In this document: piece after piece, positions 14,200 to 26,250 of the stretch
Layout: every line of letters begins with the position of its first letter
How positions within the stretch are numbered: position 1 is the stretch's first letter
Origin: Vicugna vicugna
Taxonomy: Eukaryota
Reading direction: 5' to 3'
Length of the DNA: 64,000 bases
Assembly: GCA_013265495.1 (NCBI GenBank)
Contig: MU058065.1
Span: forward strand, 1,263,527-1,327,526
Notes under the pieces: model-generated
Databases searched by the model: none
What the model was told of the DNA's origin: nothing
Seen by the model: the letters and a program-made list of their open reading frames with translations, nothing else
Position numbers and translations under genes: made by a program

Positions 14200-14965
14200 A
14201 ACCCCGGGAAAATAGCAACTCTACAGTGGGGAACACTCGCAGACTCCATCTTAATCAAGGAATCTAAGCTAACGTCACCAGTAATAGAACAAATAGACGT
14301 CATGGGCCTCCTGATATAATGCGCTGAGAATCGTCCTGTAGTATTGCTGAAAATAAAAAGACAGAAGAGCCTGTATTTAATCATGAAGAAATATCAGACC
14401 AACTCAAATTGATGTGCATTCTACAAAATAGCCAACCTGTACTCTTCAAACATATCAGAGCACTGAAAGACAAAGGAAGTCTGAGAATTAATTCCAGATG
14501 TAGAGAGACTAAGGAAATTTGGCAAATCAATGCAACATATGATCCTGGATTGGATCCTGCACCCAGAGGAAGATATGTGAAAAAGGGCATTATGGAGACA
14601 ACGGGCAGAAATTGAATACAGACTATAGATTAGATGACAATATAGAATCACTGTTAAATTTTCTGGTTTTGGTAATGATACTGTGGTCATGTAACAGAAG
14701 GACCTTTCTCTTAGGAAACACTCATTGGTGTATTGGGAGAAATGGGATATGATGTCTACAATTTACTCTTCAATTATTCCAGAATAGATACACAATAGAT
14801 GGGTGATGGAGGTAGATAGTAGACAACAGATAAACAGACAATGGAAAGTAATTGGCGTCAAATATTAAAAACTGGTAAACTTAGGAAAAGAGTATATCTG
14901 TGCTCTTTTTATGATTCTTTCACCTTTTCTGTAAGTTTCAAATCATATTATAAAGTTACAAAAGT
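14200..14965 (+). mobile_element. Old LINE-1 3' UTR (L1MC/L1ME-like)
   Basis: cattctacaaaata...tgcaacatatgatcctggattggatcctg...ttttctgtaagtttcaaatcat. Confidence 0.85.
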
Positions 14966-16032
14966 GTTGAATTTCACTGTGACTAGAAAAAGACTCCTAA
15001 TGAAGGGGTGAGTAGAGGGTTGTTCCAATTTTGTTGTTTGTTTTCCAAAAGATGAAGAGGTTAGGAGCAGAGAAACAGAAATATTTCTTTTAATATCTCA
15101 CAAAGGGACAATTTAGAACCATATGGAAGTTATTTTTCGATATGAAATACTAGATCCAATAGAAAGTTTTCTGTGTGAACAACTCCTTATACATTTTAAT
15201 AGATTAACATCAAAAATTCTTTTTGTTTTGATCAAAACTGTATTTGAAATTCTTTCAGGACTCTACCATGAAACAAATCTAATAAACAAGTGTCACAGGG
15301 AAGGCTTTCCAGACTTAACATCTACTCTCAAGATTTAGGTCTGTAGAGGCTAAATTATTCATCCCCTCCCTTTAGATCTGAAGGAAGGGTGAAAAACATA
15401 TATAGTGGCTCATTTAGTTAATTCAACTTTCGATCCTCATTGCATAGTTTGATTACCACTTTTTTAGGCCATTGATGCCGTCAGCACTAAGGTAGGGAAT
15501 TAGAAATTGTATGTATTCTCAGTTCAGTAGTATTTTTTAATTGCCATGCCATTTAATTTCTTCTCTTAAGAAGTTTTAAAATAGGTTCTCCCCTCCCCAC
15601 CCCAGGTTATGTGTCTTCAAAATGGTGATGTATTATTTCTCAAAGTAAAATTTGCATCCGGTGGAAAAGTATGAAATCTCCAAAATCTCTAGTGAAGTAA
15701 AGCCACAGAAGCCCACATTTTCTCATTTGCACTTTATAAAAAAAAGTTAACTTCTTTTTCTGTAGTTGAGAATGCTACCTTAGAATAACGAACAGCCAGA
15801 ACAAAAAAATACCCACTGTTCCATCACCTAATGGAATCAATGTCTTTATTCACAGCGCCCCTCGAAGTTGCCTGCGTGCAAATTCTGTTTTCACATGTAC
15901 ACGTCAATGGTCTAGATGGAATGTTATTGTAATCCACGCAAACACGACATTTTTTTCCTACGTCTCTTCTGTCCTTTTCTTTTTCACTCCCTACCTAACT
16001 CATGGTGCCCAATGTTAACAAATTGACGTATA

Positions 16033-16182
16033 CAGTTGGCCCTCTGTATCTGAGTGTTCCACATCCGTGGATACGGAAGGTCGACTGTATTGCACCGCTT
16101 TATACAAGGGACTTGAGCATCTGAGGATACTGTATCAGCGGAAGCCCTGGAAACAATCCCCTGCAGATACCAGGGATGGCTG
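16033..16182 (-). mobile_element. MER2/Tigger-type non-autonomous TcMar DNA transposon
   Basis: TIRs cagttggccctctgtatc and gataccagggatggctg, flanked by TA on both sides; internal gggacttgagcatc. Confidence 0.85.
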
Positions 16183-18794
16183 TATGCTTTTACATCTTGC
16201 ATGCACAACAATATGTACAAATCTACCTGATCAAAGATCTCTTTTCCCAGTCATAATTGGTAAATTGCTCAGTAAATGGAGCATAAAGCTGATGCATCCA
16301 TAACTTGAAGTTTTTTATTAATTTAGTCATGTGCATTTAAACACATTCTCTATTTCTTAGAGTATGAGCCAGCTGACTCTCAAATTTCCAGCATAAATGG
16401 CACCAAAAATTCCAGCTTCTGTTTCTCTCAAGTGGATCAAGATTTTGAAGACATTTGCCAAGCAATTTAGTGTAGAACTTTCCTATGTTTTTATAATTTT
16501 CTTCTCTGCTCTTTTCACAGTTTTCTTGCCCACACCTAAATTCTCAGTGTATAATTTCAATGACTTTCATTTATGGAGTCTTTTCAAAGTTTTCAATTTC
16601 TTTTTCATGAAGCAACCACTCTTTCTTGTCACATTTATTTCTACTCACTCTGTGTAACATTTTATTAGATGTCAAAGTTGTAATAGCAGTAAGTAACATG
16701 TGATACACAGGAGTTTGGTAACAAACACACCTGAGCCTGAGCAAGTAAAGGGAGGAACAGAGCTGCATGGATAAACATGTGGAATCAACTTTCAAGGAGC
16801 AATCCATGTGCCCTTCACGTGTTTTTATAGAGAGCATGGATGACACAGATGAGTTAGGTGTGCTAATAAAGCGGAAGATGGTTGAAAGAACTTATGTTTT
16901 TCGTCTCTGTTTTATGTAAATGAAATTATCGAATATATTCATAAGCTATTTCCTTTTCTAACATAATAACACAATGCCTGTCTTCCAAACAGCAGCTTAG
17001 CTCTAACTCATTCTTTTCAGTAGCTAAATGATATTTCGTAAAATAGGATGTGTTAGAAATGCAGTCCACCTTCCTTTCTTGATGAGTTTTTCTAGATTTG
17101 GCCACTTCCAACAATATTTTAGAGGAGGTATGTATCCACACATCCTTAGAGACTGCTGCGTTTATTCCCATTGGATGAATTCTCTGAAGTTTGTTCTTGT
17201 CTTTCAGTTTCTACTTTAACTCTCCTTAAGTTTCAAGTGTAATTATACAATATTTAAACCAAGACAAGGGACTCAAAATGGGTAACTGTAATTCATGTTT
17301 ACACCTGGCAAGACTTTCACCAGGTTGAAAATTTCAGCCAATCAGCAGTGGAGGAACTGCTGGTAATTTCGAACCCCCTAGCATTCTGAAGGCTCTCAGC
17401 CATCTCTTAGCTTGAACAGTTGTAAGTAGATTTCCCTGGTCCCCGTGTTCTTGCACCTGGAGATTGCTGTATCTAGGACAGCTCTTGTTTATTCCTGTGA
17501 CTTCTTTTACCACAAAATTTGTCCTCCCCCCAAAGAGAGTACAAGTAAAACACTGTATTTAGATGGTGTGGGGAAATATGAAGCATTTACATACAACAGT
17601 GTTAATGTAATATACATCTAAACACGTGGTTTCCACTTACAAACCAGAATAATGGAATTGTAAAAATGAGGTCTGTTGTTTATTCCCAATGATAATGTAA
17701 ACTGTTTTGAGTTTTACAGTTTTTATGGGACAGTGGGCTACAACACACCAGCATGTGATTATTCTTCAAAACCAGTGACCAGTGTTAATAAGCCATTGTA
17801 AGGCGATTCCAGGCTTACAAATGTCCCAGGCAAGTTTCAGGGCCAGCAGGTCACACGACTCTTCCCTTTAATGACTCCCATTCCATAAAATATCTTCTAA
17901 ATCAGCTGCAATGCATGAACATCTAATGACAACTGATTGCTGATTCCGCAAGACAAGCTTCTCCGTGCTCAGCGTGGAGACCTGATGTTGCAACACGATA
18001 TTTGCTTTCTTGACTATCAGTATCTTTAGCTGGGGAAGCTTTATAATAACCAAGAACTCTGGGAGTTGGGCTTTGCTGTAATTTCATCTTGACTCATTTT
18101 AGACATCCTTAGCATATATAAGCCTTAGATGCAGGAGACAACAGGAGCCTGGGGTTATGAAAACATGTTTTGCATTTTTTTCATCTAACCCAAAAAGAAG
18201 TATTTCTTTCCTGTCTGATGCTTCTAGGCTAGAGTAAGTCAGAGATTTTTAAGGAAATTGTGGGATTCTGTTTAATGAAGTAGACGTGTACATTGACCAT
18301 TCAGAGAAAGTGCACATATCTCAATTTTAGTTTTGCCTCCTGCCCTCACAAATCTGTTTTAGGCAAAAGCAATGATGCAGTCTGTTTTAAGGCTTTTATT
18401 ACTGTCTGGCAGGCACAAATTAGCTACTCTGGGTTCATGTCAATCTTGTAGTATATACACACTGAGTGGCTGCACGGGTAAAACATACTTAGGTAAGAGG
18501 GTATCCTTGTGTGCTGGATGATGGTAAACTTTTAAAAGTCAACTTGAACCTTTACCCTTTAATTCCTAGATTAACAGAAATGAAATCGTGTACTTCTGTT
18601 TATCAAATCACTTGCTAAGAGAGACAGAGCCAAAACTTCTCTGACTCAATATTTCCTGACTGTCGTCTTTCCATTAATTTCCATTCAGGACTTTTGCCAA
18701 AACCTCTGGGTGCCTAATCCTTAGTAGGCAGAGTGGAGAAGCATTGTACAAACGTGGGCCGTTGATTGTAGAAATGGTTTCAAAGTCAGTCACA

Positions 18795-18920
18795 TGCTGG
18801 TGGTGCTTGGCAAACAGTTCTCAAGAGTGGAGCCTCTCTGATCTGTAGCGTTTGCTGATTTCCAGGATGTAAATACTCTCATCATGAAGGATTTCCAACC
18901 ACCAACATGATGTCACTAAA
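18795..18920. mobile_element. MER63-type hAT-Blackjack fragment
   Basis: tgtagcgtttgctgatttcc...gtaaatactc...accaacatgatgtcact resembles the MER63 core. Confidence 0.7.
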
Positions 18921-21900
18921 GAAAATATATTGTACTATCAGATAAAATTGTTTGAAACCCACCAAGTGTATTTTAATGGCCTGTGTGACTTTATAGTGTT
19001 TATTAAAATATAACTTCTAAATGTATGTTCACTGTACTTTTTGATGTGGGAAGTATATACATTTTTAAGCATATAGCTTTTCAAATAATTTTATTTCCTT
19101 TCACAACAGGAATTTGAAACATAGATGAAAGCTTGTCTAGATGAATGGAGAGTAAATATGAAAAATGAGTGTAATTATAGTGGTATATGAGGGAAATTTT
19201 AAAGAAATCTTACCTCTTCAAGACTTATAAAAACACCCAACATAGCTCCTTAGTTTAAAAATACGTGTTGCTGGCAATGTAAACATGTGAAGAGTTACTT
19301 AACACTTAAAAATGCATCTAAAAATCATCTTATAAAGCTAAAATCGATATTTAGTTGAGAACCAACTACCATAATAGTCTAAAATCGATTTTATTTAAAA
19401 AATAGCCAGTGGCTATCCTAAACTTGGCTAAATAACTTTTCCAACTGTTTCCTAAAATACTTTTGGATCCAATTTAAAGCAAACAAAATAAAACAAAAAA
19501 ACAGCAACACAAATACCTCTAATTCAAAATATTTAACTGAAGTTTTTATAGCGGTATTTTTTTGTTAGCTGGTCTTCCATTAGGCAACACTGATCTCTTG
19601 ACAAAAGTGTTCGAACCATCCAAATTACATACCCAGGAAACAATATGCATTTTGCTTACTTGTCGGAGAAGGGCTTTGAAGAACTAGGGCTCCCTAGTTC
19701 CTCCAATTAAAATGTCAAAGGCATGCACAAAACCGTTTGGCTGGTACCGGCAGTGATAAGGAAACACAGGTTTAGTTTAATTCATTCTTCTAAAGTACCA
19801 ACTGACAAGCTTCCACTGAATTCGGTCCAGGTTTAGAAGTATAACTGATGTCAGCCCAAATTCTCAGCCAAAGACAAACACTGAGTCTGTTGCTGTTGGC
19901 TTTGTTTGGGTTCAGGTGCAAGGCCCCTGCCGTATGGTATCCTTGGGGCAGGGTTTTTGTTATGAAGCATGTGTATGTGTGTGTGTGTGCTTTTTAAATA
20001 TTGCAAACATCCTTCAGTTGCAAAGCAAACAAAGAAAAGGCAATCAACTCATTGCTAGAACCACTATAGACCACCAACTGCTGAGTACCATTAAAGTTAC
20101 ATAGAGCATTAACCAGATAGAACTTCCAGTTCATGATGTTGCTTCCCCAATGAATTCTTTATTTGCCCTTGACATCTTGTTTTCTTTTCGCCAACAAATG
20201 GCTGTGCATTTATAATTAATGAATTGACACTGTATTATTAATACAAAGTCCAAGATATTTTGCAATAGACTCACGTCTATTACAAGTTTACTTTTTCCAA
20301 GTTTTGCACCCAAAGTGTTATATTAAACATTACTGCCGGAGCATTTTTTAATAGATGAAAAACATACTTGATTTGAAAATAGCAAATCATTTGGACTGAA
20401 TGACAAGTGAATGAATGTTTGTGGAAGAAACTATTAAATAATTTAAAACATAGATATCCCAGCATGATCGATATATTCAGCACTATATTCAATAGATATG
20501 AAAAATTTAACAGTTTTCCTCCTTGTTTAAATGATTACAACCCTAATTACTCAATCAAGGCATGGTCAAGACCCTAACAAGTTCAGGGATTGCACAACAC
20601 CTTACGGGGAACATAGACATTAAAAAAAAAAAAAAACCTACGCTCAAAATAATGGGTCTTCTTGTCTAATAGGAATATATTTGAAACAACAGTGACTAAT
20701 AGAGGTAGAATATAATAATTAAATATAAGTAGTGGTATAGAATTAAAAGCCCAGGGATGTAAATAAATCCTGGGAATTTCCAAAAGGAGGTGGGATTTAA
20801 TGCAATTTTGAGGAATGAAGAGATTTTACCAGTCCAGCAGGGCTGGACTCAGGGGCAATGGGGAATAATGGTTCCGAACTGAAGTGGCAGGATTTTGCTG
20901 GAACCTGACTTCAAGGCATTTAGACTTGATGTGGTAAGAAAGTGTTTTCAATGATGTCTGAGCCTACAGATGAGTGTATTCAAGGCCCCTGAAGGTGTCT
21001 GTTTAGAACAGGAAGATGGGTTCCCTAGGAAAGCACCACGTTATTCTGTTTTACATATGGGATGACTTTGTAAGATTTTGATGGATACATTGCATTGTAT
21101 TATTTAACTTAAAAAGCTTCAGTAGACAGTAGCAAACTTCTAGCTCCTTAAATCCATCACAGGATAAATTTGGCCCCAGTGCATTTATAGTGCAATGATT
21201 TTATTTTCCTGACATAGCCAACATTATGAGTCTTAGCAAGTTATTTACAGAGGATAAAAATTTAGAAATCTTGATTCTAATTTGTACCTACACTTTTGCT
21301 ATACTGTATTTGCAATGAAACTAACAAATATGTCCCCAAATAACAAACAAATTAGTTGACACTATGGAGGAAATACATTATAGGAGTTTAGATGTTAAAT
21401 TGAATCTGCTCAGTATCTTGGATAAACTTTTCAAAACCATTACAGGTAAGAGAGTTTCCTCTTGTCAGTATTGCACTCTCCAAGAGTTCAAAGACTAGGT
21501 TAAAAATATTTTTTCACAGGCATTAGCTTCATCTATGTCTTATTTGACTTCTGAGCCTTCATGCATCTAGTAAATCTCAAAGATCAAGGGTATAAGATAT
21601 GTGGTTGAATCAACATCCATCTCATGAGTGTCTTGGTTGATCCACCTAAGTAATTCTCTTTCTAAAATTAAAGTCAAGCTCCTGCTAAATAGTATGACTT
21701 CCTAATGAGTCCACCTCTAAGCATTTCTTCAGCAGTTACCAAGATCTAGGTTTCAAGTATCCTAATTTATAAATTGGAAGAGTTTATTGATTGAAAACTT
21801 CTGGCTCAAAACCACTATTTAGGTGTGGGTTATAGACAGAAGATTTCAACTGACTTCAGAAATGTTGCTCTATTAATACGGAGCTGACCTCCCCAGTCTT

Positions 21901-22182
21901 TTTGGTTAAACACTCTCCTGAAAGGTCAAGGCTGGCCAGTTTGTCCTATCAGATATTGACTTTGAACTTCGGACCCCTGCTCCCCCTCCTGCTAATCCAG
22001 CTTCCTAGATACACAGCTGTCATTCATTTAAAAGGAACATGGTGGCAATATTTGTAATCATCAGAAAAGACTGTCTGCAGATTTATGAATGTCTCAGATG
22101 CTTGGTGGGGTGAGTTGGCATCTGAATAATCATTATGTGCTCCTTATCTTCAGCTTCTCCTCATTCTACACTGCACTCTTTT

Positions 22183-22363
22183 AAAGTAGTCACTGTCAAC
22201 TTTGGCTTCACATTGGAATCACCTGGGAGCTTTTATATACCTCAATGCCCAGGCCCTACCTCAGACCAATCAAACCAGAATATCTGGCTTTGGAACCCAG
22301 ATGTTAGCACTTATTAAGGCTCCCCAGGAGATTCAAGTGAGCATCCAAGACTGAGAGCTACTG
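22183..22363. mobile_element. MER5A-type hAT-Charlie element
   Basis: cacattggaatcacctgggagctt...aatgcccaggccc...ctccccaggagattc...tgagagctactg. Confidence 0.85.
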
Positions 22364-22784
22364 GGATAAAGGGGTGCTTTGTCTTACCAGGTCCTCCTCT
22401 GAAGGTTCTGAGGAGGGGGTCAGCTTCTTCAAATCTCTAGTTCTCTGCCTGGAAGTTGAATCGGGTCAATGTCACATGCTTCTAACTTGTGGGATATTTT
22501 AGGACATTGTGGATTGTAAAAACACTTCTTTAAGAAAAAGGAGGGAAATGTGTGACATTTCAGAAAGCAAATGAGAGACAAGTCACATGTCATTTAATTT
22601 GACTTTCTCTGTTATCTACCCCCTCCCAAAAAAAGATCCACAAGGATAAGAATCATGCCTTATTGAGTTTGCATAGGATAACCTATAAATACTTGATGAG
22701 ATGATGCTGTAGCCATAAAAGATGATCATGATAAAATGTCTCCCTTGCCATTATCATGAAGAAATGATGACCTAGAGATTACGT

Positions 22785-22980
22785 GATTTAAAAATCAGTT
22801 GCTTGTAGTTGAATTTAAATTCTATGTAACTTTTAGAGAGATTTTTCACTTCTCTTAAGACTGAATTGCCTGAGGTCTAAAGGGCTGACAATAATTCCTA
22901 CATAGAGCACTGTAAAGTGAGGCAATCTATGAAAGCACAAACACCAAGTCTGGCATATAGTAAATGCTTAATAAATATTC
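22785..22980 (+). mobile_element. MIR SINE
   Basis: Degenerate core plus terminus ctggcatatagtaaatgcttaataaat. Confidence 0.7.
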
Positions 22981-23299
22981 TATCCCCACCTCCTTCTCTT
23001 CTTCCCTTTCTTTCTCATCATAATCATGATTGTTACTACATCCCACTTAGAGTTATTTAATCACTAAAATATGTACCTATTTTCCTTTCCCAGCCACGAA
23101 TCCTCCTTCTTTTTCCCTCCCCATTCTAACCCCATGAGAACTGCAGGCCAGGGAAAAGGCCAAGAAGAACCTTGATTGTTTTATTCTTCCAAATGTTATG
23201 AAAAATACTCCAGAATGAAATAGCTTCATAGGATAGCGTTTTTGGTTTATAACAATAGAGAGGTTTTAGCATTAACATCACTCCGCCCCCTATTGTCTT

Positions 23300-23880
23300 T
23301 TGCAAATGCCTTTATTTCTCTTACTTCCCTGCCGCTGCCATGTTCAACTGATTACGACCCCATCAATTTATCCACCAGATAAGATTTCCAGATCTTCTCT
23401 CACTTCTTTCCTCCTCCGTTCTGTTGCCTCTTTCATTGGTTCTTGTTCTCTGTTCTTTGTTCATTGGTTCATTGTAGCAGGAGCCTGTGTTTGATCTCCC
23501 CAATGTCACCTTCCCAGTCCTATTTATTCTGCACACTGCTGCCAGGATTATTTTTCTAGGTCTTTAAATCTGATTGTCTAATTGTTAAACTTTTTAAAAA
23601 ATTAGCAAAAACATAAAATTTCCATTTTCTAATTTTTTTACTTTTTTTGTGCCTATGGGATAGATTCAAACATTTCATTGTGGCATAAAAGTCTTTGCCT
23701 GACTTGTTTCCAGACTCAAGTAAAGATGCCATCCTAACCATCCTCCCTCCCTTATGCCTCATCCCCTCCTCTGCTAGGCCTCTCTCTTTTCCACCAACTT
23801 AGACCCTTCCCACCATTTCCTCAATAACTTATTTATTTCCTTGCTTATGTAAGTTTGCATATGCCATTCTTCCAGGACAG
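23300..23880 (+). mobile_element. LINE-2 fragment
   Basis: tttattctgcacactgctgccagga...aaatctgattgt motifs of the L2 body. Confidence 0.6.
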
Positions 23881-23899
23881 GAGAGAAAATCAGAATTAG

Positions 23900-24050
23900 C
23901 TTTTGTTGAGTGCATTCAATTTCCCCAGCATGTAATCTGCACAACACTGCAAAGATATAAGAAAGATTGTTTTTATTTTGCAAGCAAAGAAACAGAGGGG
24001 AGGAAAATTGTCCAGGCACATGGCCATGATTCATGATGTTGCCTGGCTTA
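23900..24050 (-). mobile_element. MIR fragment
   Basis: aatctgcacaacactgcaa...attttgcaagcaaagaaacagagg...ttgtccagg. Confidence 0.55.
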
Positions 24051-24439
24051 AAATCTTTGTCATTTCCCCTGTGTGGAGTGGAATGCCCTACACCTAATTT
24101 TTTTTTTTTTTTTGTCTGTAGACTCCTCATTTGGCCTTTAAATCTCACTTTAAGTTTAGCTTTTCTCCAAAGCCTTCAGGCAGAAGAATGGACTACACTT
24201 TCATCTTGTCATAATAACTGTTGGGGTGGTCCCAGAATTCCTCTATGGGGAATGTAGGAGAGCAATGCATTTGAAAGGAAAGGACAGGGGCCAGTCAAGA
24301 AGATTTATCTTGAAGCTCTGTTTACATAGTGAGTAGCTGTTTCTATTCTATGTTTTATGCCAGTGAAGATGTTGGTGTTGCAAATGCCCCCAATACAACC
24401 TTCTGACACAAATTGTATTCAAATTTTCTGCTAATGTAT

Positions 24440-24580
24440 CTAACCTCCAGGCTACAACAGTGATTTCCTTAAGACTGCACACATCTTATTCATCTTTCTA
24501 TTCCTTGTCCTCGTCAGGGACCCAGCTTTATGCAGATGCTCAGTAAGTGTGGTATGATTAAGAACAGGACTGAATGAAGT
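24440..24580 (+). mobile_element. LINE-2 3' end fragment
   Basis: ttccttaagactgc...tcttattcatctttctattcc...gatgctcagtaagtgt. Confidence 0.55.
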
Positions 24581-25179
24581 GGTTCCTTCCTGCCATAATA
24601 ACCCTTTGGGATATTTTTATTCCACTTCATCAGAAACCAGTTTGGAAATTTGGTGTTTTCAATTATCAAGAACTACGATTCTAACTATCTGTTAATTCAA
24701 TGCATGGCTATTTTAGTAATTAGGTTTTAATACATTTAAACAAATAGGTCACTTTAATACCCAAAGCCAATGATCCATTCATCCAACTCAGTGCCATAAT
24801 TTGCTTCTGAAAAGATAGTTTCACAGTTAATTCACTTCACTCTTGGTAATAACTGTAGTTCTATTATTACAATTCAATTGAAATTAAGCAAAATTTTTTT
24901 TTCAAAAAATTAAGCTTTAGATTGGATAGTTTGGAAGAAAATAGTAATTTCCATTGTGGAAGTTCTAAGAAAACATGTTCTTTATGTTTTTATCACCCTA
25001 AAGTGGAAACTCATAAAAAGGACAGGACTGTAACTCTATAGGGAAAAATAAGAACCAAGATCCTGATATGTTGTTTCAGATTTTGAAGGAGAAATTTGAC
25101 CAGAACCACATGCAGCTCATTGCTTCTTCATACACTCAGTGAAATAGACAGCAATCATAAGAATTTAATTCTCTCACTG

Positions 25180-25430
25180 GCGTTATGATGTACAGCGATG
25201 CCATTTGACTTTCTATCAAGCAAAACACTAGACTCTTGGCATAAACTATCCCATCTAATTCTCACAAATATACTCTAAGGTAGATAATGTTCTTCCATCT
25301 CTGTAGACGAAGACACTGAGGCTCAAAGAATTTACATAATTACCTAAAGTACGTAAGGGAATAAGACTTGAGATCACAATTTGACACGTGACTTCTGTAA
25401 CACTTATCTGATACCATCTTGCTCTTACCT
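25180..25430 (-). mobile_element. MIR SINE
   Basis: catctaattctcacaaa...tgtagacgaagacactgaggctcaaaga. Confidence 0.75.
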
Positions 25431-25899
25431 ATAAATTCTGCTAGTTATCTCAGACATATGTAACTCTTTAAGTTCATAGTATCATTTAGAATCATCAGCA
25501 TTCGTAGAACTTACTCTTGTAATGCCTCAGTTTACTTCATAAAGTTATTCTGAGGATGAAATCTTAGAATCAGTGTAAAGCAGTCGGCCTGGTTCAGGGC
25601 TTAAAACAAGCACTCAGTTAAACTTGAACAGTGATGATGGTATAGTTGATGATGGTACTGATGATTTAGTCTAACCTATTCATTTTTCAGTAATTCATTA
25701 AGAAATCAGCTTAGAGAAATCAACTGTCAAGGACCCACAGAGAAACAGCAGAGCCTGATTCTAATTTCTCTATAATGCACATTGCTTACCCAGAGATTGC
25801 TTGATAATATGTTATTTAAAAAATTGCCATGTCTATCTTGGCATGGGTATAAAAAACAAACAAAGGGAGATCCTCTCCTCTCGGTTCAGGGTGATATAT

Positions 25900-26067
25900 T
25901 GTCTTGCTACTCATGATATTCCGTAAACCAGCAGCATCTGTTATCACCTGGGAGCTGGTTAGAAATTCAGACTCTCGGGCTCTCCCCAAGACTTACCAAA
26001 CCAGAATGTGCATTTTAACAAGATCCCCAGTGCTTCATGACCCCATTAAATTTACAGAAGCACTGCT
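25900..26067. mobile_element. MER5A-type hAT-Charlie element
   Basis: accagcagcatc...atcacctgggagctggttagaaattcagactctc...tgcattttaacaagatcccca. Confidence 0.85.
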
Positions 26068-26084
26068 AGAGCACATCTCAACAT

Positions 26085-26250
26085 GGAAGCAAAGTAAGGA
26101 TTTGGAAGATGGGCTGTGGAGTAAGAAAGACCTAGGTCCCAACCCTGCATCCACCTTTTGCTAGCTATGAGACCTTGGACAAGTTCTCCAAAGGATTAAA
26201 TGTTATAAATTATTTAAAGCACCTACCACACTATGGAAATTCTATTATAA
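26085..26250 (+). mobile_element. MIR fragment
   Basis: agacctaggtcccaaccc...ctagctatgagaccttggacaagtt. Confidence 0.7.

Noticed and set aside
17096..17127. 32-nt plus-strand micro-exon (tttttctag|...gaggag|gtatgt, LATSNNILEE)
   Set aside because: Splice-like ends only; peptide unrecognised, no partner exons, and such pairs are expected by chance in 64 kb.
17960..17980. tctccgtgctcagcgtggaga hairpin as an iron-responsive element
   Set aside because: The loop is CAGCGT rather than CAGUGN, and the upper stem does not pair in IRE register.
19845..19957. Minus-strand two-hairpin-plus-ACA arrangement as an H/ACA snoRNA
   Set aside because: No ANANNA hinge box, and the plus-strand G-U pairs become A-C mismatches on that strand.
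22388..22448. 61-nt minus-strand exon candidate (QRTRDLKKLTPSSEPSEEDL)
   Set aside because: Good donor but short pyrimidine tract; peptide unrecognised and no supporting exon chain.
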